Source: Bacteroidales bacterium (GTDB lineage Bacteria; Bacteroidota; Bacteroidia; Bacteroidales; B18-G4). Taken from it: 64,000 bases of DNA. Below are positions 48,726 through 59,439 of the stretch, piece after piece. The stretch spans positions 4,579 to 68,578 of the forward strand of contig JAGYMZ010000010.1 in assembly GCA_018400295.1 (NCBI GenBank), in the 5' to 3' direction. A model generated the notes under the pieces. That model made no database searches. It saw nothing but the letters and a program-made list of their open reading frames with translations, and was not told the origin of the DNA. A program made the translations under genes and the position numbers. Every line of letters begins with the position of its first letter. Position 1 is the first letter of the stretch.

Positions 48726-50801
48726 TTATTTTGATTCCGCATTCAACATATTTTTGAAATACGCGTATGTTTCAAACTGCGAACGATGGGATGCGGATCC
48801 TCCGGATTTCTTATACTGATTAAGGTTTTCCGGCCCAAGCAACCGTGCTTTGGTATTATCCCGCAACTGGATCTGCAGCATATCCATCAATTCCTGCTGT
48901 ATATCCTTGTCGTAAATGGGACAGGCGAGTTCCACACGGTGGTCGAAATTCCGGGTCATCCAGTCGGCAGAGGATATGAAGTACCTGTTGTCACCGCCAT
49001 GGCAAAACACATATACCCGTGAGTGCTCCAGGAATTTATCCACAATGCTGATGACTTCAATATTCTCACTCATGCCTTCAACCCCGGGAACGAGAATGCA
49101 AATCCCCCGGACGATCAGTTGGATCTTCACACCGGCCTGGCTGGCTTCATAGATTTTCGGAACAATCTTTTTATCAGACAAGCTGTTCATCTTCAATATA
49201 ACCCATGCTTCCTTTCCGGCACGGGCATTTGCTATTTCATCCTCAAGCATACGGATAAAAAAATTCCGGATATAGAAAGGGGCTACGATAAGTGTACTGA
49301 AGGTAGGCATAATAAACTTGGACTCAAATAAATGGAACACCTTGTTTACCTCAGCGGTGATCTCCTGATTGCCCGTAAAAAGGCTGTCATCGGCATACAA
49401 TTTGGCAGTGGATTCGTTATAATTACCCGTGCTGATGTTTGCATAATAGCAATGCGCTCCCTGCTCTTTACGCCTTACAAGGATCAGCTTGCTATGAACC
49501 TTAAACCCAGGGATGCTCTGTATGATCTTAATGCCTTCCTCCTGCAATTTTCCGGTCCAGTATATATTGGCCTCCTCATCAAAACGTGCCTGCAGTTCAA
49601 GAAAAACGGTTACCTGTTTGCCATTTCTTACGGCATTTATCAAGGCATTCATAACGCTGGAATCCTTTGCAGCCCGGTAAAAAGTCATTTTTATGGCACG
49701 GACCCGCGGATCAATGGAGGCCTCTCGCAGAAAATCAATGACATACTGAAACGTCTGATAAGGATAATGCAACATGACATCCTTATGCTTTATGATCTCT
49801 ATAATACTCCTGTTCCGCGGCAGGTCCTTATGAGGCAGTGGCGGAGTGAAAGGATAGACCAGGTCAGCAGGCCCAACCCTGGGAAATGACATAAAATCCT
49901 TGAAATTATGATACCTCCCCCCGGCACGTGTATGATCCCGTTTTGTTATGTTCAGCTTTTTGCTGATCCTTTTTAAGAGTGCTTCCGGTATTTGCTTGTC
50001 ATAAACGAAACGAACAGCTTCTCCTTTTTTGCGTTTTTTGACGCTCTCGCTCATGAGCTCCATAAAACTCTTGGAAACGTCATTATCGATATCCAATTCG
50101 GCATCCCGTGTGAATTTGATCGTGTAAGCATTGAAGCGGTCATACCCGAATACGGAAAAGATCTCGTTAAGGCAATATCGGATCACATCATCCAGAATGA
50201 TCACATACTTTTTCTCACCCTCCGGAGGCAGCAATAAAAAGCGGGGGACCACTGTGATGGGCAGGCTGATGATGGCAAAATTCTCTTTTTGCCGGTTTTG
50301 GCTATGGCTTAGTTGCACGGCAAGATGGATGGTTTCGTCTTTCAATATGGAAAGATCCGTGGAATTATCAAGCATTAAAGGAAAGAGATGAGGCCGGACC
50401 TCATCCTGGAAATGTGATTGAACCACGCGCCCCTGCGCAGGGGTTAATTGCTTCTCATTAATGATGTATATATCTTTTTCCGCAAGCAAGCGGACAATAT
50501 GTTCATAGGCAGAGGTAAATATATTTTCCTGCTTCTCAACAATGTTGGCAATCTCCTGAAGCACGGACTCAACATTCGGATCTTCAATGCCTTTGGATTT
50601 TTCAAAATTCAATACGCGCCGCAGGGTAGCCACCCGTACCCTGAAAAATTCATCCCGGTTATTCGAGAAGATCCCCAGAAACTTGACCCTTTCGATCAGG
50701 GGGTTGGATTCATCAATGGCTTCCTGCAACACCCGCTCATTAAAATACAACCAACTGATTTCCCTGTTTATCAATATTGGATCTTTCATACGATGAATCA
50801 A
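48726..50801 (-). CDS. ppk1: Polyphosphate kinase 1
   Basis: The motifs INREISWLYFNERVL, FLGIFSNNRDEFFRVRV and two PLD-like HxK regions (GFKVHSKLILV, FLEHSRVYVF) are present. Length is 691 aa. Confidence 0.95.
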   Translation of the reverse strand: MIHRMKDPILINREISWLYFNERVLQEAIDESNPLIERVKFLGIFSNNRDEFFRVRVATLRRVLNFEKSKGIEDPNVESVLQEIANIVEKQENIFTSAYEHIVRLLAEKDIYIINEKQLTPAQGRVVQSHFQDEVRPHLFPLMLDNSTDLSILKDETIHLAVQLSHSQNRQKENFAIISLPITVVPRFLLLPPEGEKKYVIILDDVIRYCLNEIFSVFGYDRFNAYTIKFTRDAELDIDNDVSKSFMELMSESVKKRKKGEAVRFVYDKQIPEALLKRISKKLNITKRDHTRAGGRYHNFKDFMSFPRVGPADLVYPFTPPLPHKDLPRNRSIIEIIKHKDVMLHYPYQTFQYVIDFLREASIDPRVRAIKMTFYRAAKDSSVMNALINAVRNGKQVTVFLELQARFDEEANIYWTGKLQEEGIKIIQSIPGFKVHSKLILVRRKEQGAHCYYANISTGNYNESTAKLYADDSLFTGNQEITAEVNKVFHLFESKFIMPTFSTLIVAPFYIRNFFIRMLEDEIANARAGKEAWVILKMNSLSDKKIVPKIYEASQAGVKIQLIVRGICILVPGVEGMSENIEVISIVDKFLEHSRVYVFCHGGDNRYFISSADWMTRNFDHRVELACPIYDKDIQQELMDMLQIQLRDNTKARLLGPENLNQYKKSGGSASHRSQFETYAYFKNMLNAESK

Positions 50802-50888
50802 TTATCTTCCTTAAATACAAAGGCTGGCTGACGCGGCTTTGTAAACAGCCCGAACAGCCATACATTTCCCGGAATTGAAAATGGTAAT

Positions 50889-51380
50889 TTACAGCTTTTT
50901 CGGGAAAACAACAAAATTGGTTTTCCGGTCTGCATTTATTAGTTCAGCCCATTTGTCCGTATCAAACGAAATACTAACCACACCGGAAGTAGGCAACCAA
51001 TCGATCCTTTTCTCAAGAAAATAATTTGCAAGGTTTGTACAAGCAGGGTTATGCCCCACAAGCATGAGCGATTCGAACGAATCGGAAACATCAAAGAACT
51101 GGTCCAGGAGGCGATACGAATCGGCATGATAAATCTGCTTTTCCACGATTATGTTTTCTTCCGGAAACTTCAATGCATGAGCAATGATCTTCGCGGTTTC
51201 CAATGCCCGGACAGCGTGGCTTGATTTGATAAGATCCACGGTGATTTTCCGGGACAGTAAAAAATCAATGACTTTCCAGGTCCTGCTTTTACCCTTTTCC
51301 AATAAAGGCCGTTCCTCATCCAATAATTCGGGATGTTTCCAGGAAGATTTTGCATGACGGACAAGATAGAGGGTTTTCAT
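50889..51380 (-). CDS. SixA-type histidine phosphatase family protein
   Basis: The N-terminus LYLVRHAKSSW carries the RHA catalytic motif, and MLVGHNP is also present. Length is 163 aa. Confidence 0.8.
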   Translation of the reverse strand: MKTLYLVRHAKSSWKHPELLDEERPLLEKGKSRTWKVIDFLLSRKITVDLIKSSHAVRALETAKIIAHALKFPEENIIVEKQIYHADSYRLLDQFFDVSDSFESLMLVGHNPACTNLANYFLEKRIDWLPTSGVVSISFDTDKWAELINADRKTNFVVFPKKL

Positions 51381-51395
51381 ATGTATGCTTATCTT

Positions 51396-52676
51396 CTACC
51401 AGGCAAACATCGGGAAATCTTTCATCATATCATTCACCCTTTGCTTCACTTTGGCGATAACCATATCATCGTCAGCATTGCCGATCACTTCATCGATCAA
51501 TTCAACAATGGGGGCCATGTGTTCCTCTTTCATTCCACGGGTTGTAATGGCCGGAGTACCAACACGCAGCCCGGACGTCTGGAAAGGGGACCGGCTGTCG
51601 AAGGGCACCATATTCTTGTTGACCGTAATATCGGCAGTCACCAGAATATTCTCAACTTTTCTTCCGGTGAGGTCCGGAAATTTGTTTCTCAGGTCAATGA
51701 GCATCAGATGATTATCAGTTCCGCCGGAAATCACATGATACCCCTTGCCAATAAAGGCGTCGGACATCGCTTCAGCATTTTTCTTAACCTGAAGGATATA
51801 CTCGAAGAAACCATCGGTCAGTGCTTCACCAAAAGCAACCGCTTTGGAAGCAATAACATGCTCCAGCGGCCCCCCCTGGATGCCTGGAAACACAGCAGAG
51901 TTCATTACCTGCGACATCATCTTCACCTTACCCTTCAACGTAGTCAGGCCCCATGGATTTTCAAAATCCTTACCGATCAAAATCATTCCTCCCCGGGGCC
52001 CACGAAGGGTTTTATGGGTCGTCGTAGTAACAATATGGCAATGGGGCATGGGATCGTTGAGTACGCCTTTGGCGATCAGACCGGCCGGATGAGCAATGTC
52101 GGCCAGCAGTATGGCGCCAACCTTATCGGCTATTTCCCGCATCCTGGCATAATCCCAGTCCCTCGAATACGCAGATGCCCCCGCCAGAATAAGCCTTGGC
52201 TTTTCTTTCAGGGCAATCTCTTCCATTTTTCCGTAATTGAGCAGGCCAGTATCTTTATCCAATTCATAGGCAACCGGATTGTAAAGTATGCCCGAACTGT
52301 TTACGGGGGATCCGTGGGATAAATGGCCACCGTGTGACAGGTCCAGACCCATGAACGTATCACCCGGCTTAAGGCAGGCCAAAAAGACAGCCATATTCGC
52401 CTGGGCTCCCGAGTGGGGCTGTACATTTGCATATTCCGCTCCAAACAATTCTTTGGCACGGTCTATGGCCAGCTGCTCAGTTTCATCCACAAACTGGCAA
52501 CCACCATAATATCGCTTGCCGGGATACCCCTCCGCATATTTGTTGGTCATCACGGAACCCATGGATTCCAACACATGATCACTCACAAAATTTTCGGAAG
52601 CGATCAATTCAATACCGTTGATTTGCCTGTTTCGTTCTTTTTGAATGATGTCAAAAACCTGTCTGTCTTTTTCCAT
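51396..52676 (-). CDS. glyA: Serine hydroxymethyltransferase
   Basis: The motifs [24 protein letters not shown] and [15 protein letters not shown] (PLP lysine) are present. Confidence 0.97.
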   Translation of the reverse strand: MEKDRQVFDIIQKERNRQINGIELIASENFVSDHVLESMGSVMTNKYAEGYPGKRYYGGCQFVDETEQLAIDRAKELFGAEYANVQPHSGAQANMAVFLACLKPGDTFMGLDLSHGGHLSHGSPVNSSGILYNPVAYELDKDTGLLNYGKMEEIALKEKPRLILAGASAYSRDWDYARMREIADKVGAILLADIAHPAGLIAKGVLNDPMPHCHIVTTTTHKTLRGPRGGMILIGKDFENPWGLTTLKGKVKMMSQVMNSAVFPGIQGGPLEHVIASKAVAFGEALTDGFFEYILQVKKNAEAMSDAFIGKGYHVISGGTDNHLMLIDLRNKFPDLTGRKVENILVTADITVNKNMVPFDSRSPFQTSGLRVGTPAITTRGMKEEHMAPIVELIDEVIGNADDDMVIAKVKQRVNDMMKDFPMFAW

Positions 52677-52875
52677 TGAACTTGATTTTATTGTGGTTTC
52701 TTAATTATGGGCCCCTTCATTATGCACAAAAATACTGGAAATTTTTCAACCTGCCGAAAATCTCCTATATTTTTGCAGTTCAGACATGCATGAACGGGAA
52801 GAAACAGAATAACAAATATTGCAGGTGGCAATACAATGAATGCGTTATCTGACAGTTATTATGTAAACAATTTTT

Positions 52876-54909
52876 ATGAAATTGCCGGCAATCATATATG
52901 CCATCCCGATCATCCTGACGAGCACAGGTATGCCGGCACAACCCGTGCATTATCTCCATTGCCTTGCAGTGAACGAAAATACCATGGAATTAACATGGGA
53001 AAATCAGGGAAATGCAGGCAATTTCATATCCTGCGAAATTTACCATGCCTCGCCCCCACTGCCCTTAAATTTCACCAGGATCGCAGAAATTACCGGTTTT
53101 ACTACCAACACACATATACACAGCAATATTGATCCCCAAAAGAACCATTATTATTACCTGAAAACCATCACAACCAACCTCCCCCCCATTTATTCCGATA
53201 CATTGAAGTCCATAAATCTATCGGTCACGGACCCGGGCAACGGTGACATCGTACTCTCCTGGAACCCAATGCACAGTCCTGTTTTACCTTCCTGGAATAC
53301 CGGTTACGAAATATTTATGGAGTACCCGGAGGGAACCTGGACATCACTCGGAACCACGGTTGCGGAACAGTATGTGCATGAAGTGACAACCTGCGGGGAT
53401 TCCCTCACTTTCCGGGTGGAATTACCGGACAACATTGGATGCACCTCGGTTTCCGGTTTGGCGGGAGGGACTTATGACAACATCCGTCAACCCCCGATGC
53501 CGGTGATGGATTCGGTCAGTGTCATCAGCAGCACAGAACATGTGGTCATTGGCTGGGAACCCAGTCCGGCCACCGATGTCGAAGCCTACGTCATATATCG
53601 TTTCACCAACGGCAACTGGATCAAGCTGGACACAGTCTGGGGAAGGTTCAATACAATCTATGAAGATCCGTCTGCCCAGCCCTGCACCCAATCCGAGTCT
53701 TATGCCATGGCGGCCCTCGACAGCTGTGGAAATCCCAGTCTGGGAACCTACCTCCATCCACAGCAAACCATACGGATCGATCCACCTGCATACGACCCCT
53801 GCCAGCTCACCCATCTGATCACGTGGTCCTCCTACATTAACATGAATCCTCAACTGGAAGGATACAGGATCTATGTGCGCAGGGACAACGGCCCGTTTAC
53901 CCTGGCCGGAACCACTTCAACCGGCACACAATCATTTTTGTATGATATCCCTGAGCCCGGTTCCCGGTACGATTATTATATACGGGCCTTTAACCTGGAA
54001 AATGAGAATTCCTCCACTTCCTGCATCACAGGCGGGTACGTTTCGGCATATGCCAAACCTGCCTTTCATTATCTTGCCAATGCCAGTGTGATTCAGGACA
54101 GTTATATCCGGCTTGAATTGTTCCCTGACACCAGTGCCACCATCAATGAGATCATGATCCACAGGTATAATGACAATTCAGGGTTCATGGAAGTGATTGC
54201 CACCCTGGAAACGGATCACGAAGATGGCATGACCTTTGAAGACAGGGATACCGATCCGCTGAACCGCAGCTACCGGTACGTTTATACGTTCAGGGACAGC
54301 TGCGGGGCCGGTTCGGCATACTCGAATGAATTGAACACCATGCACCTGAGGGCTGATATGATCAACGGCAACCAGGTGCAGTTGCTTTGGGATCCATTCA
54401 CCGGCTGGGACGGCGGCACATCCACCTATGAGGTATTCAGGATAAACAGGGATCAGGGCACAAGCACCAGCATAGCCACTGTAGAGGCGGGAACCACGGA
54501 ATATACCGATGACCTCACACACACCGGCAACACAGGGAATACATTCGCCTACCTGGTCGCGGCACATGAAGGCCCCGGAAATGCATACGGTTTGCAACGC
54601 AGCTCCTACTCGAATGAAGCCATGATCAAAGAGAAGCCGGAGATCTTCATGCCGAATGCATTCCGCCCGGATGGGATCAACAGCGTATTCAAGCCGGTGG
54701 GAAGGTTTGTCAACCTGTCCGGTTATACACTCCGAATATACAATCGCTGGGGAGTGCTGGTTTTTGAATCCAATGCGTTTGATAAAGGCTGGAATGGTGA
54801 TTACAACGGTGAAAGATCACCAGCAGGAGCTTATATTTATGTAATCTCCGGCCAATCACCGGATGGTAGTTTTTACGAGGATAAAGGCAGCTTTATTCTC
54901 CTGCGCTGA
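52876..54909 (+). CDS. Large secreted repeat protein with a T9SS type B (gliding-motility CHU_C type) C-terminal domain
   Basis: A signal peptide is followed by several Ig/FN3-like segments. The C-terminus IFMPNAFRPDGINSVFKP...YTLRIYNRWGVLVFES...GWNGDYNGERSPAGAYIY is the classic type B sorting domain. Confidence 0.8.
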   Translation: MKLPAIIYAIPIILTSTGMPAQPVHYLHCLAVNENTMELTWENQGNAGNFISCEIYHASPPLPLNFTRIAEITGFTTNTHIHSNIDPQKNHYYYLKTITTNLPPIYSDTLKSINLSVTDPGNGDIVLSWNPMHSPVLPSWNTGYEIFMEYPEGTWTSLGTTVAEQYVHEVTTCGDSLTFRVELPDNIGCTSVSGLAGGTYDNIRQPPMPVMDSVSVISSTEHVVIGWEPSPATDVEAYVIYRFTNGNWIKLDTVWGRFNTIYEDPSAQPCTQSESYAMAALDSCGNPSLGTYLHPQQTIRIDPPAYDPCQLTHLITWSSYINMNPQLEGYRIYVRRDNGPFTLAGTTSTGTQSFLYDIPEPGSRYDYYIRAFNLENENSSTSCITGGYVSAYAKPAFHYLANASVIQDSYIRLELFPDTSATINEIMIHRYNDNSGFMEVIATLETDHEDGMTFEDRDTDPLNRSYRYVYTFRDSCGAGSAYSNELNTMHLRADMINGNQVQLLWDPFTGWDGGTSTYEVFRINRDQGTSTSIATVEAGTTEYTDDLTHTGNTGNTFAYLVAAHEGPGNAYGLQRSSYSNEAMIKEKPEIFMPNAFRPDGINSVFKPVGRFVNLSGYTLRIYNRWGVLVFESNAFDKGWNGDYNGERSPAGAYIYVISGQSPDGSFYEDKGSFILLR

Positions 54910-54995
54910 ATATCCTTCAAAGGGTTGTCGATTAACAATTTTTAATAATGCCCATCGCATAATTTTCATACCTTTGCACCTCAAAAAGGACAAAT

Positions 54996-56465
54996 ATGTT
55001 TCTCGACAAGAATAAATTCCTGGGGGAAGGGTTAACTTACGATGATGTGCTGATCATCCCGGCATACTCGGAAGTTTTGCCCCGTGAAACAGATACCAGC
55101 ACTGTTTTTTCCCGCAATATCAAGCTCAATATTCCGATTGTCACCTCAGCCATGGATTCCGTTACTGAATCCAAAATGGCCATTGCCATTGCCCAGGAAG
55201 GGGGTATCGGGGTCGTACATAAAAATATGACCATTGAGGACCAGGCCAATGAGGTCCGTAAGGTTAAAAGAGCGGAAAACGGGATGATACTGGACCCCAT
55301 TACACTCAATAAAGATGCACTGGTTATTGATGCCCTCAATTTGATGCATGAATATAACATCGGCGGCATACCGGTCGTCAATGAGCGGCACGAACTTGTC
55401 GGCATCATAACCAACCGGGATCTCCGTTTTGAGAAAAACATGGACAGGCCGGTATATGAGATCATGACCAAAGACAACCTGATCACCGTATCAGAATTCA
55501 TTGATTTTGAAAAGGCCGCTGAGATCCTTCAAAAGCACCGGATCGAGAAATTGCCTGTCCTGGATAAGGACGGCAAGCTGGTCGGATTGATAACCTATAA
55601 AGACATCATCAAGATCAAGGCCCGCCCCAATGCCTTTAAAGACGAACGGGGACGGTTGCGGGCTGCAGCTGCCATAGGGATCAGCAGGGACATATTCGAC
55701 CGTGCCGGAGCCCTCATTGATGCGGGCGTGGATGCCATCGTGATCGATACCGCCCATGGCCATACAAAAGCAGTACTGAACCATGCACGCATGATCAAGA
55801 AAGAACACCCGGGCACCGACCTGGTCGTGGGTAACATAGCCACTGCCGAAGCAGCACAGGACCTGTATGATGCGGGTGTTGACGGGGTCAAGGTTGGCAT
55901 CGGACCGGGTTCCATTTGCACAACCCGTGTGATTGCAGGCATTGGGGTACCACAATTATCCGCCATATACAACGTCGCCCAGGCATTGAAAGACAAAGAT
56001 ATACCTGTGATTGCCGACGGGGGCATCAGGTATACCGGTGATGTTACAAAAGCACTGGCTGCCGGGGCACATACCATCATGGCCGGCTCATTGTTTGCAG
56101 GCGTGGAAGAATCGCCGGGGGAAACCATCATCTATGAAAGCCGTAAATACAAACTATACCGCGGCATGGGATCCATTGAATCCATGCAGAAAGGATCAAA
56201 AGATCGCTATTACCAGGATGCGGAAGACGACATCAAGAAACTGGTACCTGAAGGGATTGTTGGCCGGGTCCCTTACAAAGGAATGCTGTCTGAAGTGATC
56301 TACCAGCTGGTAGGAGGACTGAGGGCAGGGATGGGATATGCCGGTGCACATAACATCGCAGACCTTCAGAATGCCAGGTTCATGAAGATCACCGCGGCAG
56401 GCGTTACCGAAAGTCACCCGCATAACATCACAATTACAAAAGAAGCACCCAACTACAGCAGATAA
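54996..56465 (+). CDS. guaB: IMP dehydrogenase
   Basis: The sequence [10 protein letters not shown] is followed by a CBS pair. The catalytic loop reads [11 protein letters not shown], and GGIRYTGD is also present. Confidence 0.97.
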   Translation: MFLDKNKFLGEGLTYDDVLIIPAYSEVLPRETDTSTVFSRNIKLNIPIVTSAMDSVTESKMAIAIAQEGGIGVVHKNMTIEDQANEVRKVKRAENGMILDPITLNKDALVIDALNLMHEYNIGGIPVVNERHELVGIITNRDLRFEKNMDRPVYEIMTKDNLITVSEFIDFEKAAEILQKHRIEKLPVLDKDGKLVGLITYKDIIKIKARPNAFKDERGRLRAAAAIGISRDIFDRAGALIDAGVDAIVIDTAHGHTKAVLNHARMIKKEHPGTDLVVGNIATAEAAQDLYDAGVDGVKVGIGPGSICTTRVIAGIGVPQLSAIYNVAQALKDKDIPVIADGGIRYTGDVTKALAAGAHTIMAGSLFAGVEESPGETIIYESRKYKLYRGMGSIESMQKGSKDRYYQDAEDDIKKLVPEGIVGRVPYKGMLSEVIYQLVGGLRAGMGYAGAHNIADLQNARFMKITAAGVTESHPHNITITKEAPNYSR

Positions 56466-56510
56466 CAACCATCAAAAAACAAGTGTATTTGTAAACCAAA
56501 AATAACCGCA

Positions 56511-58547
56511 ATGAAAATATCAGGTATTTGTAACGCGATCCTATGGATAATCCTGGCAACATTCACCCAGGCGGCATTTGCCCAGTATGATAATGATGAA
56601 CGGGTATTGCTCACCATCGATGAAAATGAAATAACCGTTGCAGAATTCATGAATGTCTACCAGAAAAATAATGTGAACAACGACATGGTAGACAGGAAAT
56701 CCATTCAGGAATACCTGGACCTGTTCATCAACTTCAAATTAAAAGTCAGGGAAGCCAAAGACCTGGGCATGGATACTGCCGAACCATTCCTCAAAGAACT
56801 CAGTGGATACCGTGATCAACTGGCCGAACCCTATTTTGTAGACGAAAAAGTGAATGAGCAGCTGTTGAAAAATGCCTGCGACAGGATGCAATACGATGTG
56901 CGGGCCAGCCATATCCTGGTCAAGCTTAAACCGGAAGCAGAACCGGAAGACACATTGAAAGCATACAATAAAGCCATGGAGATCCGTCAGCGTATTTTGA
57001 ACGGGGAAGATTTTGCCAAACTGGCCCGGGAGGTTTCCGATGACCCGAGCGCCAAGGACAGGCCCGCTGAGAAAAACAGGCCCGGAAGAAGAGGAAACCA
57101 CGGCGACCTGGGTTACTTTTCCGTTTTTGATATGATATATCCTTTTGAAAATGCCGCATACAATACGCCGGTTGGCGAAATCACCATGCCGGTCCGAACC
57201 GATTACGGATATCATATCATTAAGGTTACCGACAAGCAACCTGCACTGGGCAGGGCCCAGGTAGCACATATTTACAAATCCTTCCCGAACTTTGCTACCG
57301 CCGAAGATTCGGTCCGCCTGGAAAATGAAATGCTAAAGATCTACCAGGAGTTGCAATCCGGTACCGGATGGGAAGAAACCGTCAGGAAATACTCTGACGA
57401 CAAAGGCACAATTGAACGCGGAGGGCTCCTCCCCTGGTTTGGTTCGAACCGGATGGTCCCCGAGTTTATTCAAACTGTCAAAACACTGCAGGATTCCGGT
57501 GATTATTCCAAACCCCTGCTGACCGTGTTCGGATGGCATATCATTCAGCTCCGGGATAGGGAAACCCCCGGGAATTACGAGGAAGAAAAGGAAACCCTGA
57601 AAAGAAGACTGATCAAAGATTCCAGGGCAAAGAAAAGCCGGCAGGCAGTGATCAAAAGGATCCGGCAAGAATATGGCTTCGAAGAATTCCCCGGTGCCAG
57701 AGAAGAAATATACAGCAAACTGGATTCGTCATTCCTGAATAATAATTGGAATGCCAGTGTGGTCGAAGATCCGGAAAAACCGTTATTGATCATCGGAAAG
57801 CAAACCTACACCAAAGGCGATTTTGCCAGACATCTTGAAAAAAATCAAATTCGCAGGGGGATCAAAAAACCAAACGTTTTCTTCCAGGAACAGTATGACC
57901 AGTTTGCAGAAAAGGCATGCATTGCATATGAGGACAAGCACCTGGAAGAGAAATATCCGGAATTCCGGATGCTTATGCAGGAATATAAAGATGGCATCCT
58001 GCTTTTCAACCTGACCGATGAAAAAGTATGGTCAAAAGCCATTAAAGACACGGCCGGACTGAAAAGGTTCCATGAACAAAACAAAAAAGATTATATGTGG
58101 GATAAACGGGTGGATGCAACCCTGTACATAGTCAACCCGGAATTGGATGTGGACAAAGTAAAAGAAATGGTTAAAAATGATGCCGGCAGTGGCGAGATCC
58201 TGGAAAAATTCAATACCGGGGACCAGAAACATGTGTTTATCGAATCGGGAAAATTCGCCCGCGGGGACAATGCGCTTGTTGACAAGATTTCCTGGGGAAA
58301 AGGAATAAGTAAAATATATGAGGTCAGGGAATATCCTTCTTTGAAATCCCGTCAAGGAATACAAGATGAAGCCAGGGTATTCGTAAAAATTAAGGAGAAG
58401 ATAAAACCCCAGCCCAAAACGCTTGACGAAGCCCGCGGATTAATCACCTCCGATTATCAAAATTATTTGGAAGCACAATGGATCAAACAGTTGAAAAACA
58501 AATACAAGGTCGAGGTTAATGAGGATGTTCTATTATCCATCAAATAA
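56511..58547 (+). CDS. Periplasmic peptidylprolyl isomerase (parvulin type, PpiD/SurA-like, 678 aa)
   Basis: A signal peptide is present. The parvulin domain reads ASHILVKL...GDLGYFSVFDMIYPFENAAY...GYHIIKV. A second, degenerate parvulin-like block follows (GWHIIQL). Confidence 0.85.
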   Translation: MKISGICNAILWIILATFTQAAFAQYDNDERVLLTIDENEITVAEFMNVYQKNNVNNDMVDRKSIQEYLDLFINFKLKVREAKDLGMDTAEPFLKELSGYRDQLAEPYFVDEKVNEQLLKNACDRMQYDVRASHILVKLKPEAEPEDTLKAYNKAMEIRQRILNGEDFAKLAREVSDDPSAKDRPAEKNRPGRRGNHGDLGYFSVFDMIYPFENAAYNTPVGEITMPVRTDYGYHIIKVTDKQPALGRAQVAHIYKSFPNFATAEDSVRLENEMLKIYQELQSGTGWEETVRKYSDDKGTIERGGLLPWFGSNRMVPEFIQTVKTLQDSGDYSKPLLTVFGWHIIQLRDRETPGNYEEEKETLKRRLIKDSRAKKSRQAVIKRIRQEYGFEEFPGAREEIYSKLDSSFLNNNWNASVVEDPEKPLLIIGKQTYTKGDFARHLEKNQIRRGIKKPNVFFQEQYDQFAEKACIAYEDKHLEEKYPEFRMLMQEYKDGILLFNLTDEKVWSKAIKDTAGLKRFHEQNKKDYMWDKRVDATLYIVNPELDVDKVKEMVKNDAGSGEILEKFNTGDQKHVFIESGKFARGDNALVDKISWGKGISKIYEVREYPSLKSRQGIQDEARVFVKIKEKIKPQPKTLDEARGLITSDYQNYLEAQWIKQLKNKYKVEVNEDVLLSIK

Positions 58548-59394
58548 ACATATATTGAAACACATCGCCATATTCATCACATTGTTCTTATTTTCATGCA
58601 ATGCTCAAATCGACAATGAAAATGACAATGTACTTGCCAGAGCAAACGATAAGTATCTCTATGAATCAGATCTCCGGGAAATACTGCCCCAGGGTATCCG
58701 GACACGGGATTCGCTGATCCTGGTTAAAAATTACATCAATAACTGGATCAAAAAGAACATCCTGATAAAAAAAGCGGGGGCAAACCTGACAAGTCAGCAG
58801 AAGGATTTTACAAAACAATTGGAGGAATACAGGAATTCCCTGCTGATATATGAATATGAAAAAAACTTCGTGATGCAGGAACTCGATACCACGGTCACGG
58901 AGAAGGAGATCAATCAGTATTATGCAGAGAATGCCGGAAACTTCATCGTATCCGGGGACCTGTACCGGACAAACTTCATGGAGATCCCGGACACCCTGAT
59001 TGACAAACCGGGGATAAGGGAACTTTTCCGGTGCAGTGAAAAACACATGCTGGATTCGCTGGCCAACATTATATCTGGGTACTCCTACTCCTATGATCTC
59101 AGCAATAATCTCTGGATGACCCGGTCGGAAATATATCATCTTTTCCCGGGATGGAACCCGGATGCTGCGCAAATACCGGAAAAAGAACGCATTTATGAGA
59201 TCGCCACCAACAGCACCATAAAGCTTGTCATTTTCAGAGAAACGATCCCTGCCGGGGATACAGCACCCCTTTCATATGCCGGAGAACAGATCAGGGAAAT
59301 AATTGTTAATAAAAGGAAATCCGGCCTTCTGAAAAATATGCACCGGGCAATCCTGGAAGAAGCCTATAAAAATAATGAAGCAGAAATTTATTAG
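58525..59394 (+). CDS. Hypothetical lipoprotein between two PPIase genes (possibly a SurA-N-like chaperone domain)
   Basis: The N-terminus is lipobox-like (ITLFLFSC). I see no rotamase motif. The gene overlaps the upstream gene's end. Coding status rests on ORF length and operon context. Confidence 0.5.
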   Translation: MFYYPSNKHILKHIAIFITLFLFSCNAQIDNENDNVLARANDKYLYESDLREILPQGIRTRDSLILVKNYINNWIKKNILIKKAGANLTSQQKDFTKQLEEYRNSLLIYEYEKNFVMQELDTTVTEKEINQYYAENAGNFIVSGDLYRTNFMEIPDTLIDKPGIRELFRCSEKHMLDSLANIISGYSYSYDLSNNLWMTRSEIYHLFPGWNPDAAQIPEKERIYEIATNSTIKLVIFRETIPAGDTAPLSYAGEQIREIIVNKRKSGLLKNMHRAILEEAYKNNEAEIY

Positions 59395-59439
59395 AATGAC
59401 AGAACACAATAATTAATTTAACGATTTGTTATACAAGAT

